Shown: positions 1-9,191 of the stretch, piece by piece
Layout: every line of letters starts with the position of its first letter
Numbering within the stretch: position 1 is the first letter of the stretch
Assembly (NCBI GenBank): GCA_902764285.1
Contig: CACWVN010000022.1
Location: 1,446-65,445, forward strand
Reading direction: 5' to 3'
From: an uncultured Eubacteriales bacterium
GTDB lineage: Bacteria > Bacillota > Clostridia > Christensenellales > Aristaeellaceae
DNA length: 64,000 bases
Translations under genes and position numbers: made by a program
The notes under the pieces: model-generated
What the model was told of the DNA's origin: nothing
The model's database searches: none
Seen by the model: only the letters and a program-made list of their open reading frames with translations

Positions 1-473
1 CTCCTGCTGTGCATTGCTTCGCTTTCATGAAGCTGAATTCGCTGGATGCGGCGAAGGAAGAGATGGAGAAGCGTGCGAAGTATGAACTGTATCTCGCCAT
101 CGTGCTGAAGGAGAGCAGCAAGGCCATCGGTGAGATTTTTGGGCATCCCGAAGGGACAGCGCCGGAAGATGAGACGATGGATACGTTCAGCCCGTGCTGG
201 ATGCTGAATTTGAATTATAGCGGTAAAGGTTACGCCTACGAAGCCGCCCACGCCTATTTTGACTACCTGTTCAATGAGAAGGGCATTAGGCGCATCTACG
301 CCTATACAGAGGATTACAATCTTTCCAGCCAGCGGCTGTGTGAACGCCTCGGCATGCGACGGGAAGGACTGTTCATGGAGTTTGTGAGCTTCATCAAAAA
401 TCCCGATGACACGCCACTCTATGAGAACACTATGCAGTATGCGATTTTGAAGAGGGAGTGGATGGAAAAATGA
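1..473 (+). CDS. GNAT family N-acetyltransferase (RimJ/RimL-like); 5' end lies outside the window
   Basis: The frame is open from the window edge to the TGA at 471-473. The translated SGKGYAYEAAHAYFDYLF and RLGMRREG segments resemble the acetyl-CoA-binding core of RimJ-type GNATs. The N-terminal ~30-40 aa are missing. Confidence 0.7.
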   Translation, partial: PAVHCFAFMKLNSLDAAKEEMEKRAKYELYLAIVLKESSKAIGEIFGHPEGTAPEDETMDTFSPCWMLNLNYSGKGYAYEAAHAYFDYLFNEKGIRRIYAYTEDYNLSSQRLCERLGMRREGLFMEFVSFIKNPDDTPLYENTMQYAILKREWMEK

Positions 474-1069
474 TGGATTTCAAATGGACAAGAGAGCCGA
501 AGGACTACAGCATCAACGAGAGCCGGATCACGATTACAACTGAGCCGCATACGGATCTATGGCAAAGAACATACTACCACTTCCGCAATGACAATGCGCC
601 AGTTCTGCAAATAGAAACAGAAGAGAAATTCTTTTCCTTCATCGTGAAGACAGACTTCACAGGTTCCCATCACCGCTTTGACCAGTGCGGCATTGTTATG
701 TATCTTGATTCCGAGAACTGGCTAAAGGGTTCGGTGGAGTACGAAAACGAGCGGTTCCAGCATCTTGGTTCCGTGGTCACCAACCACGGCTATTCTGACT
801 GGGCGACCACAGCCATTCCCGCCGATGTGAAGGTCATGTGGTATCGGTTCAGCCGCCGAGAGGATGATTACTGCGTCGAATGTTCGACTGATGGTGAGCA
901 TTTCAGCCAGATGCGAGTCTGCCATATGTGGGAAGGAGCCGGAAAGATCAGCTTCGGCATATACGCATGCAGCCCGGAGGATTCCAGCTTCACGGCTGTG
1001 TTTACCGATATGCGGATCACGGAATGCGAATGGAAAGCCCATGAGGGGCAAAAGCCAGATGAGGAGTAA
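470..1069 (+). CDS. DUF1349-type (concanavalin-like) domain protein
   Basis: ~200-aa ORF whose sequence (FKWTREP, TDLWQRTYY, FDQCGIVMY, GIYACSP) matches my recollection of the DUF1349 family. The ATG at 470 overlaps the upstream stop codon. Confidence 0.55.
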   Translation: MMDFKWTREPKDYSINESRITITTEPHTDLWQRTYYHFRNDNAPVLQIETEEKFFSFIVKTDFTGSHHRFDQCGIVMYLDSENWLKGSVEYENERFQHLGSVVTNHGYSDWATTAIPADVKVMWYRFSRREDDYCVECSTDGEHFSQMRVCHMWEGAGKISFGIYACSPEDSSFTAVFTDMRITECEWKAHEGQKPDEE

Positions 1070-1074
1070 CAGCC

Positions 1075-1491
1075 ATGTGGATGTGCCCTAAGTGTGGCCG
1101 CAGCTTTAAGAATGAGAATCAGAGCCATTACTGCGGAAAAGCCCCGGAGACGATAGAGGAGTATATTCTTGCACAGGACGAGGGCATCCGGGATCAGCTT
1201 CAGAGTGTGAGAAAAGCCATTCGTGATGAACTGCCCGATGCAACGGAGAAGATTTCCTGGTCTATGCCCACATACTGGCAGGGCCATAACATCATCCACT
1301 TCGCAGCGGCAAAGAAACACATCGGTCTTTATTCCGGCCCGGAGGCGGTGGAACAGTTTGCGGATAAACTGGAGGAGGCGGGTTGTAAATATAGCAAAGG
1401 CTCTATTCAGATCCCGTACTCAGACGAACTTCCCCTCGACCTTATCTCGGCGATTGCCGCCTGGTGCCGGGACACGGGGAATCACGCATGA
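1075..1491 (+). CDS. DUF1801/YdhG-like domain protein with an N-terminal CxxC zinc-ribbon motif
   Basis: 138-aa ORF with CPKCG...HYC at the N-terminus and an IHFAAAKKHIGLY segment typical of YdhG-like proteins. Confidence 0.5.
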   Translation: MWMCPKCGRSFKNENQSHYCGKAPETIEEYILAQDEGIRDQLQSVRKAIRDELPDATEKISWSMPTYWQGHNIIHFAAAKKHIGLYSGPEAVEQFADKLEEAGCKYSKGSIQIPYSDELPLDLISAIAAWCRDTGNHA

Positions 1492-1754
1492 TCCGCTGTC
1501 ACATCGTATTCTACGGCTGGGTGCAAGGTGTGGGCTTTCGCTACCGTGCCCGCCACGCAGCCAATCTGTACGGCTGCATAGGCGGGATCAGAAACGAATG
1601 GGACTGCAGCTTCACGATGGAAATCCAGGGAACCGAGGAGAACATTGACAAAGTGATCCTCGCCATCAAGCGCGGGAGCTATGTGCGAATCGAGAATATG
1701 GACAGCAGGACGATTCCCCTGGTCGAAGAGGAAACTGGATTCAGAAGAGGATAA
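1488..1754 (+). CDS. acylphosphatase
   Basis: 88-aa ORF with the N-terminal VQGVGFRY signature. Its start overlaps the upstream stop in an ATGA. Confidence 0.75.
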   Translation: MIRCHIVFYGWVQGVGFRYRARHAANLYGCIGGIRNEWDCSFTMEIQGTEENIDKVILAIKRGSYVRIENMDSRTIPLVEEETGFRRG

Positions 1755-1759
1755 AGGAG

Positions 1760-1810
1760 CCCAGTTGCTTTCTTGCTCACAGCGAGCGAGTTAGCAGCTG
1801 GGCCTTTTTT
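1760..1810 (+). terminator. Rho-independent terminator after the acylphosphatase gene
   Basis: Stem CCCAGTTGC...GCAGCTGGG with one G-U pair, followed by a CCTTTTTT run. Confidence 0.55.
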
Positions 1811-1822
1811 ACTTTCTACACG

Positions 1823-2590
1823 TTGCGACGGACCAGAGGGGGGTGCAAAGTATTCACCTTGCAAGATAACTCCTATGAAGCGATCATCGACCCGGAGACC
1901 TTCGAGATGGTCCAGCGGGAGCTCGCCAGACGGACCAAGGGCAAGAATCGCCACAGCGGTGTCCACCTGCTCTCCGGCAGAATCAAGTGCGGCGACTGCG
2001 GCGGATGGTATGGCTCAAAGGTCTGGCACTCGCCGGAAAAATGCAAGCGGACTGTCTGGCAGTGTAACCAGAAATACAAAAACGAGGTCCGTTGCACCAC
2101 GCCTTATCTCGACGAGGCATCGGTGAAGGAACGCTTCACGGTCGCTGTCAATCAGCTGCTGGCCGGACGGGATGCCGCCATTGCCGCCTACGAGGTTGGT
2201 ATGGAAAGGACCCTCGACACCACCGAACTGGAGTCCCAGCAGCAGGAGCTTCTTTCGGAGATGGAAGTGCTCAACGGAATGATCCAGCAGATGATCCGGC
2301 AGAACGCTACGGTCGCGCAGGACCAGACCGAATACAACCAGCGCTTCGATGCACTCAGCCAGAAGTTCAAGGAGGCTGAAGCCCAGAAGCATGCGGTCGT
2401 ACAGCAGATCAGCGACATCCGGGACCGGCGCGGCACGATGGAGGACTTCCTCCGGATTCTGAAACAGCAGGACGGCGAGGTCACCACCTTCAGCGAGAAA
2501 CTCTGGTGCGGCCTGCTGGACTACGCCACGGCCTACACAGATGGCCGCCTAACCTTCACCTTCAAAAACGGCTCAACCTTCGAGGGCTGA
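1823..2590 (+). pseudogene. large serine recombinase, C-terminal fragment (recombinase, zinc-ribbon and coiled-coil regions only)
   Basis: The translation has CGDCGG...WQCN cysteine pairs and a long Q/E-rich coiled coil typical of the C-terminal half of large serine recombinases. The N-terminal resolvase catalytic domain is absent and the frame opens abruptly after the upstream terminator. Confidence 0.7.
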
Positions 2591-2607
2591 ACCGGATAAA
2601 TGCAACG

Positions 2608-2642
2608 CTCCCGATCATCGGTTTTACGCCGGTGACCGGGAG
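2608..2642. terminator. hairpin shared by convergent genes
   Basis: CTCCCGATCATCGG ... CCGGTGACCGGGAG, a near-perfect 14-bp stem between the recombinase fragment (+) and the sirtuin gene (-). Confidence 0.45.
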
Positions 2643-2649
2643 CTGTTTG

Positions 2650-3636
2650 TTATTTTATCAGGTCAAGGATGACTCCTGCATCACCATCAAGACAAATCGA
2701 CTGCTTTTCTATTTGCTTTGGACAGAAGGCTTCATTGTAATTGAGACAAGCATAGACTGCCTTCGGGTTATCATTCGTCATCCGCCAGAAAGGATACTTG
2801 ATGATGACCGGTGTGTTTGCTCCTACACCAATTTCAAAATACAGGGTGTGCAAGTTTTCGTGCCTGAGAATGAAATCAGAGTAAGCTGCGGAAGCCCTGT
2901 GCCAGCCTTCATCCTCCACAAAGGAATCGTCAGCTCGAAGATTCATCGTCAACGGAGATCCATCGTCCATACACTTTGGTATCAGTGCAGCAGGAATCTT
3001 CATGACTACACCGCTTTGGGGAATTTGAAATATGCCTTCTGCATCTTTAATAAAGCCCTGTGCCCCCATTGCCTGCATGACCCATTCTTCATTATCATAT
3101 GTTTTCCGGATTGATGGGTTTACACTCTGAAAAAGGCCATAGTCGCCCTGTGTATAGAATAGTCGCTTTTTATCAAACCCCGCTTGCTGGAACTGATGAT
3201 CCACATTGGTGGTGATGACAAAGTAATCCTTACCGCACACACGCTCAAATAATTTCTGATAAACGGGCTTTGGCGCTTCAATGTAGCGATTGTAGTAAAT
3301 ATGCCGCGCCCACCATGCCCAGCGAGTCTCATCATCCGGAAACGGATAGAAGCCTCCGGAGTACATATCGGTGATGCCGAAACGCTCCTTGAAGTCTGAG
3401 AAATATTGATCAAACCGCTCACCGCTGTAGGTTAGACCGGCAGATGTGGAAAGGCCAGCTCCGGCACCGATCACAATCGCATCCGCCGTTTCGATTTCTG
3501 ATTTCAGCCTTTGAATGTTTTCTTCGCGGCTCCCGGTTCCGTAGGACAGACCGGAACGGAAGGAGCGGACAGCAGAGAGTCCTTTTTGAATTGACTCCTG
3601 ATATCCGTTTGGTCTGTTATTGTAAAAGCTGTTCAT
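2650..3636 (-). CDS. SIR2-family protein of the macrodomain-linked class (SirTM-like ADP-ribosyltransferase)
   Basis: Contains the IVIGAGAGLSTSAGL NAD-binding motif plus FVITTNVDHQF and TQGDYG motifs. It is directly downstream of, and overlaps, a macro-domain gene. The start could be 3636 or 3666. Confidence 0.7.
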   Translation of the reverse strand: MNSFYNNRPNGYQESIQKGLSAVRSFRSGLSYGTGSREENIQRLKSEIETADAIVIGAGAGLSTSAGLTYSGERFDQYFSDFKERFGITDMYSGGFYPFPDDETRWAWWARHIYYNRYIEAPKPVYQKLFERVCGKDYFVITTNVDHQFQQAGFDKKRLFYTQGDYGLFQSVNPSIRKTYDNEEWVMQAMGAQGFIKDAEGIFQIPQSGVVMKIPAALIPKCMDDGSPLTMNLRADDSFVEDEGWHRASAAYSDFILRHENLHTLYFEIGVGANTPVIIKYPFWRMTNDNPKAVYACLNYNEAFCPKQIEKQSICLDGDAGVILDLIK

Positions 3637-4423
3637 AGTATTCTTTGTCCTCATCCTTAAAAACATTGAAGATTACCCGGTCCATCTGACCAGCATGCAA
3701 GGGCAGCCACTCTGATACAGTCCGTACCGCGATCTGGGCAGCCCGCTTGTTGGGGAAACGAAAGACACCAGTGGAAATGCAACAGAACGCAACTGTTCTA
3801 AGTCCATTCTCCAAACACATATCCAGCGTATTGCTATAACAAGCTGCCAACTGTTCTTCCAGTTCTTTTGTCAATCCACATTCGACAATAGGCCCAACGA
3901 TATGAACCACCTTTTTCGCAGGGAGGTTGTAGGCGTCCGTCAGCATGGGGACAGCCGTCGGCTGCTCATAATTGCTGCCATACCGAATGCGGAGCGCGTT
4001 CATCTGCCGATTGCATTCCGCTCGAAGCTGCACGCCCGCAAAGGTATGGATGCAGTTGTCAATACAGGTATGCATAGGAACGAAGCAACCCAGCATCTGG
4101 GAATTAGCGGCATTCACGATGGCATCTACAGCCAGCCTCGTTATATCGCCCTGCCAGATGGACATTCGATCTCGGATTATCGGAATATCGGCAGGCTCCA
4201 CAATTCCGTTTTCACGGATGCGCTCCTGCAGATATTCATCCTGCACAGAAAGAACCGCCTCATCCATCTTTCGAGGCATTCGGATGTTCATAAGTGACCG
4301 CAAGATACGACGCTTTCCTTCAGTATCCTTTGGCATCTGCAAATCTTTATATTGAACAGAATCTGCTTTGAATTCTTCAACAAGATAATCCAGCCGCGCA
4401 TTCTGTGTCATTTTCTCATTCAT
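3617..4423 (-). CDS. macro-domain protein (protein ADP-ribose hydrolase type)
   Basis: Contains QGDITRLAVDAIVNAAN and CISTGVFRFP macro-domain motifs after a ~90-aa N-terminal extension. A GAAGG ribosome-binding site precedes the ATG at 4423. Confidence 0.75.
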   Translation of the reverse strand: MNEKMTQNARLDYLVEEFKADSVQYKDLQMPKDTEGKRRILRSLMNIRMPRKMDEAVLSVQDEYLQERIRENGIVEPADIPIIRDRMSIWQGDITRLAVDAIVNAANSQMLGCFVPMHTCIDNCIHTFAGVQLRAECNRQMNALRIRYGSNYEQPTAVPMLTDAYNLPAKKVVHIVGPIVECGLTKELEEQLAACYSNTLDMCLENGLRTVAFCCISTGVFRFPNKRAAQIAVRTVSEWLPLHAGQMDRVIFNVFKDEDKEYYEQLLQ

Positions 4424-4427
4424 ACGG

Positions 4428-5051
4428 TTACCTTCTTTCCACTGCGCTGACCGGACACACAGAGGCGCAATTTCCACAGTGAAGGCAGTGTTCCTGCCGG
4501 ATCACATGCGGGATGCTGTCCGCAACAATACAGTTCTGCGGGCAGACCTCTGTGCAGCTTCCGCAACCGATACATGCGTTTGTGATGTAGTACCCCTCTG
4601 TTTTCTTTTCTGCTCCGCCGAAGGTAAAAGAGGCACGCTCGATCGGCTTTTTCGACAGGTCAAACCATTCACCGGTGCCCTCATAGATTTGAAAAACGGT
4701 CAGCGCCTGCATGGACTCATCGGTCGGATAGATTTGGTGCATGTACGGATTTTTATCGAACAGCTCCGGGATCTTTCCACAACCAAGTTCGCGCACTTTT
4801 CCTCTGACAGAAAGGGCCACACTTGACATGGTGTCTTCACCCTTAAGCGCCGTAAAGGCAAGGAAACCACGCTTTATAAGCCGGTCATAAAACCCTTTCC
4901 CTTTTGCAGTAAGGAAGTACAAGCTGTTCTCATCGCAATCCATCATGTCGATGGCCGCCGTAACTGGAAGGCCTTCATCGTCCACTGTCGCCACTATGGT
5001 CGTGTGGATTTCATTTACAAGATAGCGGAAATAGGTTTCTGCGTTCAACAT
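4428..5051 (-). CDS. pyridoxamine 5'-phosphate oxidase-like domain fused to a 2x[4Fe-4S] ferredoxin domain
   Basis: The N-terminal half resembles PNPOx-like split-barrel proteins. The C-terminus carries CIGCGSCTEVCP and CLHCGNCASVCP cluster motifs. Confidence 0.7.
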   Translation of the reverse strand: MLNAETYFRYLVNEIHTTIVATVDDEGLPVTAAIDMMDCDENSLYFLTAKGKGFYDRLIKRGFLAFTALKGEDTMSSVALSVRGKVRELGCGKIPELFDKNPYMHQIYPTDESMQALTVFQIYEGTGEWFDLSKKPIERASFTFGGAEKKTEGYYITNACIGCGSCTEVCPQNCIVADSIPHVIRQEHCLHCGNCASVCPVSAVERR

Positions 5052-5238
5052 CGTTATTCTTTTCCTTTCAGAAGCGGTCTGATCCTTTTATACGAAAGCG
5101 ACTGCGGATAGTACCGCTACGGATGTCATGGTTCTGATGGATAATTGCTTTTTCATTTCCTGTCCTTCCTTTTGAAAAGGAGACTGAACCAGTTCGTCCA
5201 GCCTCCTTTGTTGTTAATCTCTATGTGTTGATGAACGA

Positions 5239-5808
5239 TCAGGCAAGCAGCCAGTCCACCATCTCGTCGGCGGCCTTCAAGTCTTCAGGCTTCTCCATGA
5301 TGCTGCCGGGAACGTTCGCATCACCTGCTACATGGGCTTTGTAGTCGCGGAATCCGGCGGTAGCAAAGCTCTTCAGATTGGTGTCCACCATCTGTGTGTA
5401 CACATCAACCGGGCCGAAACCGGCAAAGAAGTATCCGCCGAGCTTCTTGTCCTTACGTCCTGCCATGGAGAAATCGGGCTGGGTGAAGTCCATGAAGGAG
5501 TAGGTACGGTCGAGGAACGCCTTGAGCTGAGCGGGGAACTGATCCCAGTGCACAGGCGCAAGGATCAACATAGCGTCACAGGAATCGATCTCCGGGATCA
5601 GGGCGGTGAAATCATCCTTCTGGATGCAGTTGGGGGTATGCTGGCGCTTGCAACCGTCGCAGGCAAGACATACACGGACGTCTTTCTCACCAATATTGAA
5701 TGTGGTGACTTCCGCCTTGCCCTGAAGCTGCTCGGCGATGCGGGCCTCCAGCGCATAGGAATTACCCTTTCTTCTCTTGCTGCCGTTGACGATCAAAATC
5801 TTCTTCAT
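5239..5808 (-). CDS. flavodoxin-like fold protein (NADPH-dependent FMN reductase or iron-sulfur flavoprotein type)
   Basis: Starts MKKILIVNGSKRRKGNS, followed by CLACDGC cysteines. It is co-directional with the Rrf2 gene 6 nt upstream. Confidence 0.65.
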   Translation of the reverse strand: MKKILIVNGSKRRKGNSYALEARIAEQLQGKAEVTTFNIGEKDVRVCLACDGCKRQHTPNCIQKDDFTALIPEIDSCDAMLILAPVHWDQFPAQLKAFLDRTYSFMDFTQPDFSMAGRKDKKLGGYFFAGFGPVDVYTQMVDTNLKSFATAGFRDYKAHVAGDANVPGSIMEKPEDLKAADEMVDWLLA

Positions 5809-5814
5809 GATAGA

Positions 5815-6273
5815 TTACTCCTTTTCTTCATTCGATTCATTATTGACTGCCTGCCTCGTGTCTTCCACGATATCGGCAAGCGTTGTGGATCTGAGTTTCT
5901 CTTCCATAGCTTTCTGTGCATCAATGAGACGCTGATCCAACACCTTATGGATGTTTCTGCCCACAGGGCAGTCCGGATTCGGCTGCTCATGGAAATGGAA
6001 AAGGCCCTCCTCCGTATCTACACTGCCAACGGCTTTGTAGATGTCGTAAAGCGTGATCTCATCAAGCCGCTTTGTAAGCTCTGCGCCGCTGCTGCCACGC
6101 TGCGTCTGCACAATACCGGCTTCCCGTAACTGTGAAATGACTGTGCGGACGATGACAGGATTCACCCCGATGCTTCCGGCGAGGAATTCACTGTTCACCC
6201 GATCCATATCCTTGAAGTAGTCGATGGCCGTGATGATGTGAACCCCGATTGTAAATTTGCTTCCGATCTGCAT
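5815..6273 (-). CDS. Rrf2 family transcriptional regulator
   Basis: The N-terminal winged-helix region (FTIGVHIITAI...LAGSIGVNPVIVRTVISQLREAGIV) is typical of Rrf2/BadM regulators. Confidence 0.8.
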   Translation of the reverse strand: MQIGSKFTIGVHIITAIDYFKDMDRVNSEFLAGSIGVNPVIVRTVISQLREAGIVQTQRGSSGAELTKRLDEITLYDIYKAVGSVDTEEGLFHFHEQPNPDCPVGRNIHKVLDQRLIDAQKAMEEKLRSTTLADIVEDTRQAVNNESNEEKE

Positions 6274-6311
6274 TTTTCACCTCCACACATATTTTATCAG
6301 CTGACGGTTGT

Positions 6312-6340
6312 AATATATCACATTACAGCTAAGTTGTCAA
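6312..6340 (-). promoter_or_regulatory. sigma-A type promoter of the Rrf2 operon with an overlapping inverted repeat
   Basis: On the minus strand there is TTGACA (6335-6340), a 17-nt spacer, then TATATT (6312-6317). The TGTAAT-N7-ATTACA palindrome overlaps the -10 element. Confidence 0.45.
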
Positions 6341-6452
6341 TACCTATATTACATCTTTTGCAAAAAAAAGAAAGTTCTCAACCAACAGAATGGAATGTGC
6401 TTTTCCGAAGGCTCGAACGAGCTCTTTTTGCCCGAAAAACGAGCCCTCGCCA

Positions 6453-7650
6453 TTATGCCGCTGCCACCCGTATCAAAGACGTAGTGCAGTTTTCGAGGAA
6501 GGTCAGCGAGGCCAGTTTGTCCTGGAAGGCAGCCAGCTTCTGCTTGCGAGTGCGCTCTACGCCAATGGCCTTGATCTCGGCAAATTCCGCTTTGAGTCCG
6601 TCTAGGAATAAAGGATCGATGACCTTGTGGATGTTCTCAATGGAGGTATAGTGCATGCCGCCCTTGCGTCGGGTTTCCGGGTTCAGGGTGGATTCAAATA
6701 CCGCGCCAAAGATGGTTGGGCTGATCTCCGACCAGTCGAAGTCCTTGGAGGCCTTGGTCAGCAGCAGGTCGAAGATTTCCTCGTTCAGCGCGGGAATCTC
6801 GATGTTTTCATCGGAAAACAGGCCGCCGTTCACATAGGGGAACGCTGCCAGCTCCGGGTCGTCCTCCGCGAGATAGGGGTCTCGTGCGTGCTCGTCCTGA
6901 TCGAGCACCTTGAACAGGTCGATCAGTGCGCGGCGGGCGTTTTTCAGCCCGCGGTGCTTCATGTAATCGTGGAACATCAACCGCTTGCCAAAGATGCCCG
7001 CGTCCTCCGCGTACAGGCAGAACACCAGCCGCACGCACAGCGCGTTCAGGCTCTTTTGCGCGCGCGCTCTCCGGGTCCTTGTACTGCTTGTAGAAGGCGT
7101 CGTACAACCGCCCCACCAGCTCGCCGGCCTTGATGGAGATTTCCATTTCCTTCTTGAGGTTCTCGCTGCCAGTGTCCACCAGGAAGCTGAGACGGTGGTA
7201 TTCCTTTTCCAGGTCGCTGAGCTTCACGATCTCCGGCTCAGCGTTGGGCTGGTTCATGTTGTGGATGTGGAATTCCTGGAAGTTGGAGACCACGATCCAG
7301 CGCGGGTTCATGTTGTGGGGCAAGAGACCCGCGTAGCGCCGCGCCTGCTGGAAGGGTGAGAGTAGGCTGCCATCGCTCTGCCTATATCCTTTTTTCAGGT
7401 CAACATCGAGGCTCTTCTGCTCAATCAGCACGCTAGTTGCGTGTATGTAGCCGTCAATGAAGATCGTCGTGCCGGTCTGGTCATTCTTGACCTTGTACTC
7501 AAAGGAAATCTATTTCTCCGGAGATTCCACACCATAGACATCATGAAGAAGCTGACGCCAGAAATTCTGAGCATCTTGTTTCTCGTCTCCACGGTTAATC
7601 CAATCAGCTACAAATTGTTTTGCAGCATTCCGCTGCCGAACGTTATCCAT
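6453..7650 (-). pseudogene. MmeI-family type IIL restriction-modification enzyme, N-terminal remnant (in-frame stop, frameshift, 3' truncation)
   Basis: The translation parallels the MmeI N-terminal region (RLVFCLYAEDAGIF, LAAFPYVNGGLF, DWSEISPTIFGAVFES, MHYTSIENI, LASLTFL). It breaks off just before the expected DPACGxGNFL SAM motif. There is a TAG stop near 7511 and a frame change near 7058-7067. Confidence 0.8.
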
Positions 7651-7746
7651 GATCGCACCGCCTCTGCGAGTTGTGTGATTCCATTATAACTGAATCAAGG
7701 GGTTGAAGCAAGACATTTGGTAATTTGACACACAGACTCTAACCCT

Positions 7747-8064
7747 CTAGATATTCTCCGATGATAAAAAGCTTCGAACATAGCTTGAAGAATCCCCCTT
7801 TGCACCAGTCCCGATTGGCCTAAATAGCCATGAGTTATCTTCCTTAATAAACTCACATAAATTCATAATCTCTGTTGCCGGGAGGTTTTTGAATAAGAAT
7901 GGTTCAATCCGCCAAGGACCAAAGTTTGTAAACATATGGAAATGGTGCAATTGAGCAAAGCATTGTTGCCTACTGATCGCATCATAGATATATGCAAATA
8001 CTTGTATCCGTTTTGTGCTTGTCTTCACTTTTTTAAGCGTAATGATGATGCTATCATCTACCAA
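7747..8064 (-). pseudogene. TerD-like domain, C-terminal fragment
   Basis: AT-rich 105-aa ORF. The pattern KRIQVFAYIYDAISRQQCFAQL ... WLFRPIGTGAKGD resembles the last half of TerD-family stress proteins, and no N-terminal half is found upstream. Confidence 0.35.
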
Positions 8065-8209
8065 ACTAGCTTATCATGACATTGCCCCCTCAAACGTGGT
8101 GATTGTTAGTATACCATGGGGGAATGCTCTGGGAGTGACATGATTAGGGCATTCAAATGAAAAGATAAGCGCCAATCCGGGGAATTGTGGTGGTGTAGCT
8201 GATTTCGAT

Positions 8210-9067
8210 TTATGACTGAAACCTCCTTTCTAACGCTTGGAACCATGCAAGATACCGTTTCTCGTCGCTCCTGTGGCAGTAGCAAAAAAAGTGCTCCACG
8301 GCGGCATTGTCTGAGATGGGCACATAGGCGCGCTGGGGATTGCGCCCGTACAGGCGAAGCGTCAGGTCCGTGGCGAAGTGCGGCAGGGACGAGGCGCGGA
8401 CGAGTTCATGCAGCGCTTCCAGTCCGTTTTGCAGCAGGAAATGGGCGTTGGGCATCTGCTGACGGACGATGTGATCCCAATAGCCTACCTCACTGGCCAT
8501 CAGGAAGCTCTCGCCGTCCATGTCTTTAAAGGAACACTCCGACTTGTCGGCGATGCGGTGTTCTAACGGGACAGCGAAGAGCAGGTGCTCCGAACCGCAC
8601 GGATGACAGGACAGGCCGTCGTCATCCAACTTGTGATTGAGGATAATCATCTGGTAAATACCCTGATTGAGCCCTTCAAACAGCTCCTCCTCTGTGCGCA
8701 GCTCAGTGGCGATGGTCATGCCCGGGTAGAGGGAGGATAGCAGCGGGTTCAGCTCCATCATCGGCCCCGGCGAGATCATCCCCACCGCCAGCATGCGGGA
8801 TGAGCGATCCAATGCTCGAACGCGGTTCACCATGTCCTGCTCCTGCATCAAAATCTGCCGCGCACACTCCGCGGCCAGGCGTCCATTCTCATTGAGATGG
8901 ACGCGATTTTTTGTGCGCTCGAACAGTTTGACGCCAAAGATGTCCTCCAGCTTCTGCATGGAGCGCGTGAGGGTCGGCTGGGTCAGGTGCAGCTTTTCAG
9001 AGGCAGCGGAAAGCGTGCCGCACTCATAGACGGCGGTCAGCTGCTCCAGCAGATAGGTGTCGATCAT
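8210..9067 (-). CDS. LysR family transcriptional regulator
   Basis: N-terminal helix-turn-helix region (LEQLTAVYECGTLSAASEKLHLTQPTLTRSMQKLE) followed by a LysR substrate-binding-type C-terminus. Confidence 0.85.
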   Translation of the reverse strand: MIDTYLLEQLTAVYECGTLSAASEKLHLTQPTLTRSMQKLEDIFGVKLFERTKNRVHLNENGRLAAECARQILMQEQDMVNRVRALDRSSRMLAVGMISPGPMMELNPLLSSLYPGMTIATELRTEEELFEGLNQGIYQMIILNHKLDDDGLSCHPCGSEHLLFAVPLEHRIADKSECSFKDMDGESFLMASEVGYWDHIVRQQMPNAHFLLQNGLEALHELVRASSLPHFATDLTLRLYGRNPQRAYVPISDNAAVEHFFCYCHRSDEKRYLAWFQALERRFQS

Positions 9068-9083
9068 GCGCTCATCTCCTATG

Positions 9084-9100
9084 TATACGTCATACGTATA
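9084..9100. promoter_or_regulatory. LysR-box-like palindrome in a divergent promoter region
   Basis: Perfect inverted repeat TATACGT-CAT-ACGTATA located between the LysR gene and the divergent flavodoxin gene. Confidence 0.4.
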
Positions 9101-9191
9101 TTAGAATACGACATTTGCATTGTACTTTCCTTCAAGACCCTGTTAAAATATATACAAGTCAAGCATGGAAATTTCAAGGGAGGGCAACCGA

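Noticed and set aside
5088-5156. 22-codon ORF (MKKQLSIRTMTSVAVLSAVAFV) with a ribosome-binding site, lying between the flavoprotein and PNPOx-ferredoxin genes.
   Set aside because: It looks like an isolated signal-peptide remnant. It is too short, and without conservation evidence I cannot call it a gene.
6390-6450. Possible fifth hairpin-cluster element at the truncation point of the MmeI remnant (GCTCG-AA-CGAGC, TTTTT-GCCCG-AAAAA, CGAG-CC-CTCG).
   Set aside because: The stems are short or AT-only, with 2-nt loops. There is no AAGG head, no GCCACC tail and no shared stem sequences with elements A-D.
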